A stretch of 64,000 nt of DNA from Spirochaetia bacterium (GTDB lineage Bacteria > Spirochaetota > Spirochaetia > SZUA-6 > Bin103), in assembly GCA_965203055.1 (NCBI GenBank), contig OZ241863.1:2496001-2560000 (forward strand), written 5' to 3'. The notes below the pieces were generated by a model that did no database searches, had not been told where the DNA came from, and worked only from the letters and a program-made list of their open reading frames with translations. The position numbers and the translations under genes are program-made. Below are positions 28,424 to 40,442 of the stretch, piece after piece; position 1 is the first letter of the stretch; each line of letters begins with the position of its first letter.

Positions 28424-28491
28424 CCGGGCCTCACCCCACTACGTCCATTTGCGGTGTCCCATTGCGGTCCCATTTGCGAACGAGGTAACCG

Positions 28492-31170
<2,679 letters not shown>

Positions 31171-31233
31171 GCCACCGGCCTACGGGCGTAGCCAGCCGCC
31201 CGCGTGCGCGGCGGACGGCTGGTGGGCGCGGGT

Positions 31234-32136
31234 TCAGGCGGAAGCGGCGAACGCTTCCAGGTACTGGCTGCGCGACGGGTGGCGCAGGCGGCGCAACGCC
31301 TTCTTCTCGATCTGGCGGATGCGCTCCTTGGTCAGCCGATAGCGGGCGCCGATCTCCTTCAGCGACAGGGGTTGCTTGCCGTTGAGGCCGAAGCGGCGCA
31401 CGATGATGTCGGCCTCCTTCTCGGTGAGGGTGGCCAGCACGCGATTGATCTGGTCCTTCAGGGCGCTGTCATGGGCCTGCTCTTCGGGCGACCGGTAGTC
31501 GGTGTCGGCCACGAAGTCGCCGATGGTCGAGGCGTCGCGGTCCACGCCCACCGGGCTGTCCAGCGACACCAGATCACGGGAGATGCTGACCAGCGACTCC
31601 ACGTGTTCGGCGGACATGTCCACTTCCTTGGCGACCGCGGCCAGCTTGGGTTCGGCGGAGCGGTCGCCCTGGAGCTGCTTGCGCGCCTTTTCGATCTGCA
31701 CCAGCTCGTTGGCGCGATTCAGCGGCAACCGGATCATGCGCGACTTTTCGCACACCGCCTTGAGAATGGCCTGCCGAATCCACCACACCGCGTAGGAAAT
31801 GAAGTGGTACCCCTTGGTCACGTCGAACCGCTCCACGGCGTTCATCAGTCCGATGTTGCCTTCGCTGATCAGGTCGGTAAGGGGCAGACCCTGGTTCTGG
31901 TACTTCTTGGCCACGTTGACGACGAAGCGGAGATTGGCGCGTACCAGGTGCTCCTTGGCCGCCTCGTCGCCGTCGCGGGCGCGCGTGGCGCAGTCGATTT
32001 CCTGCTGGCGGGTGAGCAGCGGGATGCGGTTGATATCACGCAGATAGAGCGACAGGACGCTGTCATCCCCGTGATCGGTAGTGGCGCGCAGCCGGGTGGC
32101 CGGCTTGCGCTTCGGTGACGGTCGTTTCTGAGCCAT
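31234..32136 (-). CDS. Alternative sigma-70 family factor (RpoS/SigA-like; regions 1.2-4, no region 1.1)
   Basis: Motifs 'LYLRDI...PLLT', 'ANLRFVV.VAK.Y', 'DLISEGN.GL', 'FISYAVWWIRQ', 'ERIRQIE'; 300 aa. Confidence 0.92.
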   Translation of the reverse strand: MAQKRPSPKRKPATRLRATTDHGDDSVLSLYLRDINRIPLLTRQQEIDCATRARDGDEAAKEHLVRANLRFVVNVAKKYQNQGLPLTDLISEGNIGLMNAVERFDVTKGYHFISYAVWWIRQAILKAVCEKSRMIRLPLNRANELVQIEKARKQLQGDRSAEPKLAAVAKEVDMSAEHVESLVSISRDLVSLDSPVGVDRDASTIGDFVADTDYRSPEEQAHDSALKDQINRVLATLTEKEADIIVRRFGLNGKQPLSLKEIGARYRLTKERIRQIEKKALRRLRHPSRSQYLEAFAASA

Positions 32137-32160
32137 TTTGCCTTACTCTTCAGCCATCAC

Positions 32161-32179
32161 CATGCAACTTCCGTACCAA
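32161..32179 (-). promoter_or_regulatory. Sigma-54 (-24/-12) promoter upstream of the sigma factor gene
   Basis: TTGGTACGGAAGTTGCATG matches TGGYACR-N4-TTGCW with exact GG-N10-GC spacing, 24 nt before the ATG. Confidence 0.8.
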
Positions 32180-32321
32180 CTTCGGAACCCTGCCTGTAGC
32201 GGGCTATTTCGCTGTCTGAGAAGGAACTGCCGGCGGGACGAACGATCGCGGAGGCAGGCGTGAGCAGGGCGAGTGGGTCAAAGCGACCCACTCGCCGCGG
32301 CAGGCCCCGCAATGTGGCGCA

Positions 32322-33005
32322 TTATGAACCAGTTGCGATCTCGTCACTGGTGGGAACGCGCCCGCAACACACCACGTAGGGCAGTGCGCTGCCGCATACG
32401 CAGGGATCGCCGTCCGCCGGCCGGCGCCGGCGCGCGAAGTCGGCCGCCACCACCCGCTCCGCGCCGGCCGCGGCCGGGAGGAGCAGCGGAAACGTAACCT
32501 GCATGGCGGCGAACAGCCGCCGCCGCTGCTCGGCGGTGCGTCCCCGCAGGGCGCCGCGCCGCACCAACTCGGTGAAGTGTCCCCACAGCAGGTCGCGCAG
32601 CATGTCGGTCTCCGCCGCGCCCAGCGGCGCGCGCGCCTTGGCGCGCACGTAGCGGGCCAGTTGCAGCGAGTGGAACGCGCGCCAGTCGTCCAGCAGCCGA
32701 TGGCCCTGCCGCGGCATGCCGTGATCGTTGCTGCAGGTGCGGATCAAGCGCGCCAGACCCGGCTGCTTGTGGGTGCGCTGCGCATCCACCCAGCAGCGCA
32801 GCGCGGCGCCGCGGCGGCCCAGACGGGCGCAGACGAATCCCAACCAGCGCAGGGTGGCGGCCAATCCGGCGCGCTGCCCCGCCGGGCAGGAAGCCGCGGC
32901 CGCGGTAAGCAGATCGAGGGCGCGGCGGTTGCGGTGGCCGCGCAGCGCGCGCCGCCCATGGTGGAACTGCCGCCGCCAACTCGGACTCCGGCGTGGAGCG
33001 GTCAC
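32322..33005 (-). CDS. Hypothetical protein with TPR-like N-terminus and C-terminal SEC-C motif
   Basis: C-terminus 'DPCVCGSALPYVVCCG'; a -10-like TATTTT lies 7 nt before the GTG. Confidence 0.7.
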   Translation of the reverse strand: MTAPRRSPSWRRQFHHGRRALRGHRNRRALDLLTAAAASCPAGQRAGLAATLRWLGFVCARLGRRGAALRCWVDAQRTHKQPGLARLIRTCSNDHGMPRQGHRLLDDWRAFHSLQLARYVRAKARAPLGAAETDMLRDLLWGHFTELVRRGALRGRTAEQRRRLFAAMQVTFPLLLPAAAGAERVVAADFARRRRPADGDPCVCGSALPYVVCCGRVPTSDEIATGS

Positions 33006-33119
33006 GCCGCCGAAAATACTGCCGCGACGCCGGGGCCGGCCACTACCCGGCGCCGGCCCACCACCGGACCGGTTGATCGGCCGGCTCGTTCATCGCGGCC
33101 GGCAGCCGGCAGTTCCCGG

Positions 33120-33149
33120 TTGACGGCAAAATCGCTCCATCGGTATATT
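33120..33149 (+). promoter_or_regulatory. Putative sigma-70 promoter of groES
   Basis: TTGACG-18 nt-TATATT. Confidence 0.55.
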
Positions 33150-33207
33150 GCCCCCGTACCCAAACAAACCAATACATTTTTCTCGATGCTCACAGGAGGA
33201 TCTAACC

Positions 33208-33471
33208 ATGACCATCAAGCCTCTCGGTGATCGCGTTCTGGTCAAGGTTGAGGAAGCGGACCAGAAGACCGCCGGTGGTATCTACATTCCGGACACGGCG
33301 CAGGAAAAGACCCAGAACGGGGTGGTTCTCGCCGTCGGCGACGACGAAGAGATCAAGGTCAAGGTGGATGACAAGATCATCTACGACAAGTACGCCGGCA
33401 CCACGGTCAAAGTGAACGACGACGAGCAGCTCATTCTGAAGGCTGCGGACATTCTCGCCGTCTACGGATAG
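33208..33471 (+). CDS. groES: Co-chaperonin GroES (monocistronic)
   Basis: SD AGGAGG; 'IKPLGDRVLVK', 'TAGGIYIPDTA.EK', 'DILAV'. Confidence 0.96.
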   Translation: MTIKPLGDRVLVKVEEADQKTAGGIYIPDTAQEKTQNGVVLAVGDDEEIKVKVDDKIIYDKYAGTTVKVNDDEQLILKAADILAVYG

Positions 33472-33496
33472 GGCGCTCCTTCGATTCGCAACGATC

Positions 33497-33524
33497 AGCC
33501 CGTCCCCCTGGGACGGGCTTTTTT
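33497..33524 (+). terminator. Rho-independent terminator after groES
   Basis: agcccgtccc-cct-gggacgggct followed by a T-run. Confidence 0.9.
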
Positions 33525-33572
33525 GCGTCCGGCCGCCTTGGCCGGCCGCCGGCGGGCAACCGGCGCGCGCGG

Positions 33573-35810
33573 TCAGCCGGCGAAGTAGGCCTGCACCCTC
33601 TCCAGCAGCTCGCGCGCCGGGGCGATCTCCAACCGCACCTCCGGCAGCGAGCGCAGGAACACCTCGCCATAGGCCTGCCGCGTCAGGCGCGCGTCCAGCA
33701 GCAGCACCACCCCGCGGTCGGCGTGGCTGCGAATCAGGCGCCCGAACCCCTGCCGCACGCGCATCACGGCGCGCGGCAGGGCCAGGTCGGTGAACGGGTC
33801 GCCGCCGCCGGCCGCGACCCGCGCCATCTGCGCGACCGCCACCGGATGGGTGGGCACCTCGAACGGCAGGCGGCAGATTGCCACCAGGCTGAGCGCCTCG
33901 CCCGGCACGTCGATGCCTTCCCAGAACGAATCGGTAGCCAGCAGCACGCTGCCGGTATCGGCGCGGAAGCGACGCAGCAGGCGGTGGCGGTCCTCCTCTC
34001 CCTGGCGCAGCACGGCGATGCCGTCCTGCGCCAACGCCGCCTGCAGGCGCCGGTAGCAACGTTCCAACATGGCGTAGGAGGTGAACAGCACCAGCGCCCG
34101 GCCGCGGCTGGCGCGCAGCGCCGGCACCAGGTAGCCGGCGAGCCACGCCGGATGAGCGGTGCTCCGCGGATCCGGCGCGTCGGAGGGAATGCCGACCAGC
34201 GCCTGGTCCCGAAATGCGAACGGCGACGGATACCGTTCGGTGAATACGTTGCGCTCCAGGTCGTCGCTCAGCCCTACCCGACTGCGCCAGAACCGGAACT
34301 CGCCGGCCACCGTCAGCGTAGCGGAGGTGAGCACCACGCTGGGGTAGCGGTCGAACACCGCCGCCCGCAGCAGCGGAGCGACCTCTACCGGGGTGATCAC
34401 CAGCCAGGCCGCGGTGCTGCCGTCGCGCCGGCGGCGGCCCTCCACCCAGCGCACCACTGCGGTGCCTTCGGCCAAGGCGGCCCCCGCCCCGCCGGCGAGC
34501 GCCGGCTTCTCGGCGGCGCGCAGCTGCTCGCAGAGCTGCGCCGCGCCCCGCATGCGGCGCACCTGAATTGCCAGCTCGACCGCGTCGGGGCTGTCCCGGT
34601 CGGGTTCGTCGAGCCGGTCCAGCGCCTGCCCCAGCGCGGCGGCGAGCTCCAGCAGCGCCCCGGCGACGGCCGCCAGCAGCTCCGGCAGCGGGCCGTTGCC
34701 CGGGCCGCTCAGAGCAACGGCCGCCTCGCCGCCGAGCACCGCGGCCGCGGCCCGTTCCAGCCGCTGCGCCAGCCGCCGCAGCCGCTCCACCTGCGCCAGC
34801 AGGGCGCCGGCATGCTGCCCGGCGTCGGCGAACCACTCGGCGCGGCGCGGAATCAGCCCCTGCAGGCGCCCGCGCCGGTAGCTCGCCAGGCGCGCCGCCA
34901 TACGCTCCAGGCCGGCGCGGGAAATCCGCTCCGAGAAGAAGGACAGGGCGCTGTCTTCGACCGCGTGGGCCTCGTCGAACACGAGGCGCGCGAAGCCCGG
35001 CAGCAGGGCCGCGTCCTGCAGGGAGCCGCCGCCGCCGGAGTCGGCCCCGCGCAGCGTCAGGTCGGCGAACAGCAGGTGGTGGTTGACGATCAGCAGGCGC
35101 GCGGCCGCGGCCGCGCGCCGCGCGCGCAGTACGAAGCAGGCCTCGCGGTCGGGACAGCGCGCGGAGCTGCAGGCGTCACCCTCCGAACACACCAGGTCCC
35201 AGGCGGCGGCGCGGGCGGCGAACGGCAGGTCGCTGCGGCAACCGGTGGGACTTGCCAGGGACCAGTCGTAGAGCGCCCGCACCTCCGCCGCGGTCGGCTC
35301 GTCCAGCGGCGCCTCCGCGCCCGCCGCGCCCGCCGCGGCGGCGGGCATCCCCTGCGCCTCGCCATAGGCGCCGCGCAGGCGGCGCAGGCACAGGTAATTG
35401 GCGCGGCCCATGACCAGACAGCTCTTCACCTGCGTGCCCAGGACGCGTTGCGCCAGCGGCAGGTCCTGCGCCAGCAACTGCTGCTGCAGGTTGATGGTGG
35501 CGGTGGATACGACCACCCGCTCATCATTGGCCGCGGCCCAGGCCACCGCCGGGATCAGGTAGGCCAGCGACTTGCCGATTCCGGTGCCGGCCTCGGCCGC
35601 GACGATCACCTCGTCGTTGAACGCATCGCACACCGCCTGCAGCATCGCAACCTGCCCGGGACGCTGCTCGTAGCCGGGATGCAGCCGCTGCAGCGGGCCG
35701 CCGGCGCGCAGGGTGGCCGCCAGCTCGCGCGGATCCAGCGCCTGCAGTTCGCGCTCCCGCACCGGTTCGGCGCAGAACTCCTCGCGCCCGCCCGCCTCCA
35801 CGGGCGCCAC
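33573..35810 (-). CDS. DinG/YoaA family Fe-S DNA helicase (start 35810 or 35852)
   Basis: Motifs 'EAGTGIGKS', 'GRANYLC', Cys cluster, 'VNHHL', 'DEAH', 'TSATL', 'FWEGID', 'QGFGRLIR'. Confidence 0.9.
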   Translation of the reverse strand: MAPVEAGGREEFCAEPVRERELQALDPRELAATLRAGGPLQRLHPGYEQRPGQVAMLQAVCDAFNDEVIVAAEAGTGIGKSLAYLIPAVAWAAANDERVVVSTATINLQQQLLAQDLPLAQRVLGTQVKSCLVMGRANYLCLRRLRGAYGEAQGMPAAAAGAAGAEAPLDEPTAAEVRALYDWSLASPTGCRSDLPFAARAAAWDLVCSEGDACSSARCPDREACFVLRARRAAAAARLLIVNHHLLFADLTLRGADSGGGGSLQDAALLPGFARLVFDEAHAVEDSALSFFSERISRAGLERMAARLASYRRGRLQGLIPRRAEWFADAGQHAGALLAQVERLRRLAQRLERAAAAVLGGEAAVALSGPGNGPLPELLAAVAGALLELAAALGQALDRLDEPDRDSPDAVELAIQVRRMRGAAQLCEQLRAAEKPALAGGAGAALAEGTAVVRWVEGRRRRDGSTAAWLVITPVEVAPLLRAAVFDRYPSVVLTSATLTVAGEFRFWRSRVGLSDDLERNVFTERYPSPFAFRDQALVGIPSDAPDPRSTAHPAWLAGYLVPALRASRGRALVLFTSYAMLERCYRRLQAALAQDGIAVLRQGEEDRHRLLRRFRADTGSVLLATDSFWEGIDVPGEALSLVAICRLPFEVPTHPVAVAQMARVAAGGGDPFTDLALPRAVMRVRQGFGRLIRSHADRGVVLLLDARLTRQAYGEVFLRSLPEVRLEIAPARELLERVQAYFAG

Positions 35811-35936
35811 TGTACTATGCCTTGACCCGGCGCGGCGCCGGTTGGTATTCAATGGGTCACCCTCTCCACCCGCTGCGGGTGGAGCGGCCGGACGCCGTGC
35901 GCCGCTCCCGCAGCAGCATCAAAAGCGAGGTGCGTC

Positions 35937-36974
35937 ATGGCACGTATACCGGTCGCCGTCGTCGGCGCCACGGGCATGGTGGGACAGCGGATCATCGCCT
36001 TGCTCGACGATCATCCCCGGTTCGAGTTGCAGGAAGTAGCTTCCTCGGCGCGCACCGCCGGCCGGCGCTACGCCGAGGCGATCAGGTGGCGCCTGCCGAC
36101 CGCGTTGCCCGCCGCGGCGGGCAACCTGCAGCTCAAGGAGGGCGGCGCGCCGCTCGCCAGCCGCGTGGTGTTCTCCGCCATGCCGGCCGCTCCCGCCCGC
36201 GCCATAGAGCGGCAGTACGCCGCCGCCGGCCACCTGGTGGTCAGCAACTCCAGCAGCCATCGAATGGACCCGCGGGTCCCGCTCGTGATCCCGGAGGTCA
36301 ACGCCGACCACCTCGCGCTGGTCGGGCGCCAGGGGACCGCCGGCGGCATCGTGACCAACTGCAACTGCGCGGCCATGTTTCTGACCATGGCGCTGGCGCC
36401 GCTGCACCGCCGCTACCGGGTGGAGGCGGTGCACGTGACCACCATGCAGGCGGTGTCGGGCGCCGGCTATCCCGGCGTCGCCAGCCTCGACATCCTCGGC
36501 AACGTGTTCCCGCTACCCGCCGAGGAGGAGAAGATCGAACGGGAGACGCAGAAGATGCTGGGCCGGCTCGCCGGCGACCGAGTGGTGCCGGCGCCGTTTC
36601 CGGTCAGCGCCCAATGCCAGCGCGTGCCGGTGATCGACGGCCACACCGAGACCGTAGCCGTGCGCCTGGCGGCCGACCCCGACCCCGGCGAGGTGGCGGC
36701 TGTCCTGCGGGAGTTCCGCGGACTGCCGCAGGAACGCGCCCTGCCCAGCGCGCCGCGGCATCCCATCGTGGTATTCGACCAGGAGGACCGGCCGCAGCCG
36801 CGCCTGGACGCCGATCTGCAGCGCGGAATGGCGGCGGCGGTCGGGCGCATCCGCCGCTGCCCGGTGTTCTCGATCAAGATGCTGGTGCTGGGGCACAACC
36901 TGGTACGCGGCGCCGCCGCCGCCGCGGTGCTCAACGCCGAAACCCTGCTGGCGCTGGACCTGCTGCCGGCGTGA
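35937..36974 (+). CDS. asd: Aspartate-semialdehyde dehydrogenase
   Basis: Motifs 'VVGATGMVGQ', 'VIPEVN', 'NCNC', 'QAVSGAG', 'RVPVIDGH', 'HNLVRGAA'. Confidence 0.95.
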   Translation: MARIPVAVVGATGMVGQRIIALLDDHPRFELQEVASSARTAGRRYAEAIRWRLPTALPAAAGNLQLKEGGAPLASRVVFSAMPAAPARAIERQYAAAGHLVVSNSSSHRMDPRVPLVIPEVNADHLALVGRQGTAGGIVTNCNCAAMFLTMALAPLHRRYRVEAVHVTTMQAVSGAGYPGVASLDILGNVFPLPAEEEKIERETQKMLGRLAGDRVVPAPFPVSAQCQRVPVIDGHTETVAVRLAADPDPGEVAAVLREFRGLPQERALPSAPRHPIVVFDQEDRPQPRLDADLQRGMAAAVGRIRRCPVFSIKMLVLGHNLVRGAAAAAVLNAETLLALDLLPA

Positions 36975-38320
36975 GGGTAATGAAGTTCGGCGGCACCTCG
37001 CTGGCGGCGGCCGAGTCGTTGGACCGCGCCATCGGGATCGCCGCCGGGGCGCTGGACGACGGCGTGGTGCTGGTGGCATCCGCCATGGGCAGCGCGACCG
37101 ATTGCCTGCAGCAGGCGGCGCGCGCCGCCGGGCGCGGCGACGGCCAACAGGCCCACGCGCTGGTCGACCGGCTGGCCGCCGAACACGCCGCGGCAGCCGC
37201 CGCCCTGCTGGGCGGTGACGAGCAGGCGCGCGCGGCCGAGCAGCAACTCCGCACTCTGTTCGACGAGTTGCGCTCCATCGTTACCGGCATGGCGCTGCTC
37301 AAGCAGTGGACGCCGCGCGGCAACGACGCCATCCTCGGCTTCGGGGAACGCGCGGTCACGCTGCTCCTGGCGGCGCGGGCGCGGCAGCGGGGCATTGCCG
37401 CCCGCCTGCTGGATTGCCGCGCGCTGGTCACCACCGACGACCACTTCATGCACGCCAACGTGCGCCAGCCGGAAACCGCGCAGCGGATCCGCGCCGCGGC
37501 GCGCCCGCAAGCGGGCGAGCTGCTGGTGGCCCAGGGCTTCATCGGCGCCACCGCGGAGGGGGTCGCCACCACCCTCGGGCGCGGCGGCTCCGACTACACC
37601 GCCACCCTGTTCGGGGCCGCGCTCGACGCCGCCGAAGTGATCATCTGGACCGACGTGAGCGGGATCATGACCTGCGATCCGCGCTTGGTGGAGGGCGCGC
37701 GCACGCTGCCCCGAATCAGCTATCGCGAGGCCGCGGAACTGGCCTACTTCGGCGCCCGGGTGCTGCATCCGGCCACCATTCAACCCGCCGTGCAGCGCTC
37801 CGTCCCGGTGGTGGTGCGCAATGCCCGCCGGCCGCAGGAAGCGGGCACCGGCATCGCGGCGCAGGCGCCCGCCGGCGCCAAGGCGATCGCCTGCAAGCGC
37901 GGCATTACGCTGATCAACGTCACCTCGTCGCGCATGCTGCTGGCGTACGGCTTCCTGCGCCGCATCTTCGAGATCTTCGAACACCACCGCACCCCGGTGG
38001 ACCTGGTGGCCACCTCGGAGGTGTCGGTGTCGATGACCATCGACGACGCCGCCCGGCTGGACGCCATCGCCGCGGAGCTGGAGGAAATCGGGACGGTGAG
38101 CGTGGACCGGGAAGCCGGTCTGGTGTCGATCGTGGGCCAGGAGCTGTGGGAGCAGCCCGGCTTCCTGGCCGGAGCGATCGGCGCCCTGCAGGGGGTCCCG
38201 CTGAAGATGATGTGCCTGGGTTCGTCCGATATCAATCTTTCGCTGGTGGTGGCCGACGCCGCCACCGAGACCGCGGTGCGCGCGCTGCACCGCAAGTTCT
38301 TCGAGCAACCACCATGTTAG
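36971..38320 (+). CDS. lysC: Aspartate kinase
   Basis: Motifs 'VMKFGGTS', 'TTLGRGGSDY', 'WTDVSG', 'ELAYFGA.VLHP'; C-terminal ACT domains. Confidence 0.95.
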   Translation: MRVMKFGGTSLAAAESLDRAIGIAAGALDDGVVLVASAMGSATDCLQQAARAAGRGDGQQAHALVDRLAAEHAAAAAALLGGDEQARAAEQQLRTLFDELRSIVTGMALLKQWTPRGNDAILGFGERAVTLLLAARARQRGIAARLLDCRALVTTDDHFMHANVRQPETAQRIRAAARPQAGELLVAQGFIGATAEGVATTLGRGGSDYTATLFGAALDAAEVIIWTDVSGIMTCDPRLVEGARTLPRISYREAAELAYFGARVLHPATIQPAVQRSVPVVVRNARRPQEAGTGIAAQAPAGAKAIACKRGITLINVTSSRMLLAYGFLRRIFEIFEHHRTPVDLVATSEVSVSMTIDDAARLDAIAAELEEIGTVSVDREAGLVSIVGQELWEQPGFLAGAIGALQGVPLKMMCLGSSDINLSLVVADAATETAVRALHRKFFEQPPC

Positions 38321-39555
38321 AGCTGGGCGGCGTACCCGCCGCATCCCTGGCCGAGCGGTACGGCACTCCGCTGTACGTCTACGAGGAGGCGCGCATTCGC
38401 GCCGCCTTCGACACGTTGGCGCGCGCCTTCGCGGTGGACGATCTGCGCATCCACTTCGCGACCAAGGCGAACTCCAATCCCTGGATCTTGCGCATCCTGC
38501 GGCAGGCCGGCGCCTGGGCCGACGTGGTTTCGCCGGGCGAGATTCTCCTGGCGCGCCGCGCCGGGTTTCCGGCCGAGCGGCTGCTGTACAATGGCAACTC
38601 GGCATCCGACGCAGAACTGCGCACCGCGGTGGAGCAGGGCGTGCGCGTCAACGTGGAGTCGATGTCGCAGCTCCGGCGGCTGGCGAAGCTGGCGCCCGGC
38701 AGCGCCATCAGCATCCGGTTCAACATCGACGTCGGCGGCGGCCACCACTCCCACGTCATTACCGGCGGCCCGGAAAGCAAGTTCGGCATCGACTGGGAGC
38801 AGGCCGAGCAGGCGCGGAGCGCCGCCGCCGGAAAGCTGCGGGTGGCGGGCGTGCACTGCCACATCGGCTCCGGCGTGCTGCAGGCCGAACGCTTCGTGCA
38901 GGCGGTAACCAACCTGCTGACGGTGGCGCGGCGGTTTCCCGACCTGGAACAGGTCAACTTCGGCGGCGGGATCGGCATCCCCTACCGCGCGGATCAGCCG
39001 GAACTGGCGGTCGACCGGTTGGGAGCGCTGCTCACCGCCGAGTACGAGCGCTTCTGCGCGGAGTACGGCTCGCGGCCGGCGTTGTGTCTGGAACCGGGGC
39101 GGTTCCTGGTGGCGCGCGCCGGCACCCTGCTGTGCCGGGTGACGGCGGTGAATCAGGCGCGCAAGTACCTGTTCGCCGGCACCGACAGCGGCTTCAACCA
39201 TCTGATCCGCCCGGCGATGTATGGCGCGTACCATCACATCGAAGCGGCGGCGCCGCGTGAGGGAGCGCTGCGCGACACGGTGCTTACCGGCAACATCTGC
39301 GAGTCGGGCGACGTCTTCACCCGCGGCGAGGAGGGAATCGAGCCGCGTTCCCTGCCGCCGCTGCAGGAGGGTGATCTGGTCGCAATCCGCGACGCCGGGG
39401 CCTACGGATTCGCGATGGCGTCGCGCTACAACTCCTTCCCGCTGCCGGCCGAGGTGCTGGTGGACGCGGGCGCGGCGCGGCTGATCCGGCGCCGCGATAC
39501 CCTGGAACAGCTCCTGCTCAACATCCCGCCGCTGCCGGCGGAGGAGGAAGGATGA
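38314..39555 (+). CDS. lysA: Diaminopimelate decarboxylase
   Basis: Motifs 'YGTPLYVY', 'FATKAN', 'SKFGI', 'HCHIGS', 'EPGR', 'GNICESGD', 'GAYG'. Confidence 0.95.
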   Translation: MLELGGVPAASLAERYGTPLYVYEEARIRAAFDTLARAFAVDDLRIHFATKANSNPWILRILRQAGAWADVVSPGEILLARRAGFPAERLLYNGNSASDAELRTAVEQGVRVNVESMSQLRRLAKLAPGSAISIRFNIDVGGGHHSHVITGGPESKFGIDWEQAEQARSAAAGKLRVAGVHCHIGSGVLQAERFVQAVTNLLTVARRFPDLEQVNFGGGIGIPYRADQPELAVDRLGALLTAEYERFCAEYGSRPALCLEPGRFLVARAGTLLCRVTAVNQARKYLFAGTDSGFNHLIRPAMYGAYHHIEAAAPREGALRDTVLTGNICESGDVFTRGEEGIEPRSLPPLQEGDLVAIRDAGAYGFAMASRYNSFPLPAEVLVDAGAARLIRRRDTLEQLLLNIPPLPAEEEG

Positions 39556-40442
39556 TGCAGATTCCGTTCGTGAAGATGCACGGCATCGGCAACGACTACG
39601 TGTACTGGGACCGGATGGCCGGCGCCGGTGCGGCGCTCCCGGCGCCGGCCGAGGAGACCCTGCCGGAGCTGGCGCGGCGCATGGCCGACCGCCATCTCGG
39701 CGTCGGCGGCGACGGCTTGGTGTTGATCGTGCCGGGCGAGACCCAGCCGTTGCGCATGCGCATGTTCAATGCCGACGGCTCGGAAGCGGAGATGTGCGGC
39801 AACGCGATCCGCTGCGTGGCGCGCTACGCGCGCGACGCGAACTTGATCACCCGCGACCGCTTCAGCATCCAGACGATGCGGCGCGACGTCGCCGTGGAGC
39901 TGCTCGACGACGGCAGCGTGCGCGCGGACATGGGCGCGCCGCGCGACTGCGCGAGCGGCGCCGAGCTGCGCCCCGCGCCGCTGGCGCCCGAAACGCTCAC
40001 CATCGACGGCACCGATTACGCGTTCACCCCGGTGAGCATGGGCAACCCGCACGCGGTGGTGTTCGTCGACCGCCTGGACTTCGATCTGGCTGCCATCGGC
40101 CCCAAGTTCGAGCATCACCCGCGCTTTCCGCAGCGCACCAACACCGAGTTCGTGCTGCCCGTGAGCCGCCGCCGGCTGCGCATGCGGGTGTGGGAACGGG
40201 GCAGCGGCGAGACGCTGGCGTGCGGCACCGGCGCCTGCGCCGCGGCGGTGGCCGCGGTCGTCACCGGGCGCAGCGAACCGCGGGTAACGCTGCACCTGCG
40301 CGGCGGCGACCTGGAGATCCACTGGTCGGCGGCCGACAATCACGTCTACATGACCGGGCCGGCGGAGTACGCCTTCCGCGGCACCTTCAGCTGGAACGGT
40401 ACCTGGAACGGCGCGGAGCGGGACGCACGTGGCGGGCGCTGA
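39552..40442 (+). CDS. dapF: Diaminopimelate epimerase
   Basis: Motifs 'KMHGIGND', 'NADGS.AEMCGN', 'GNPH', 'ERGSGETLACGTG'. Confidence 0.96.
   Translation: MMQIPFVKMHGIGNDYVYWDRMAGAGAALPAPAEETLPELARRMADRHLGVGGDGLVLIVPGETQPLRMRMFNADGSEAEMCGNAIRCVARYARDANLITRDRFSIQTMRRDVAVELLDDGSVRADMGAPRDCASGAELRPAPLAPETLTIDGTDYAFTPVSMGNPHAVVFVDRLDFDLAAIGPKFEHHPRFPQRTNTEFVLPVSRRRLRMRVWERGSGETLACGTGACAAAVAAVVTGRSEPRVTLHLRGGDLEIHWSAADNHVYMTGPAEYAFRGTFSWNGTWNGAERDARGGR

Noticed and set aside
35853..35936. Lysine riboswitch upstream of asd
   Set aside because: The leader is too short and shows no recognisable L-box motifs or terminator.
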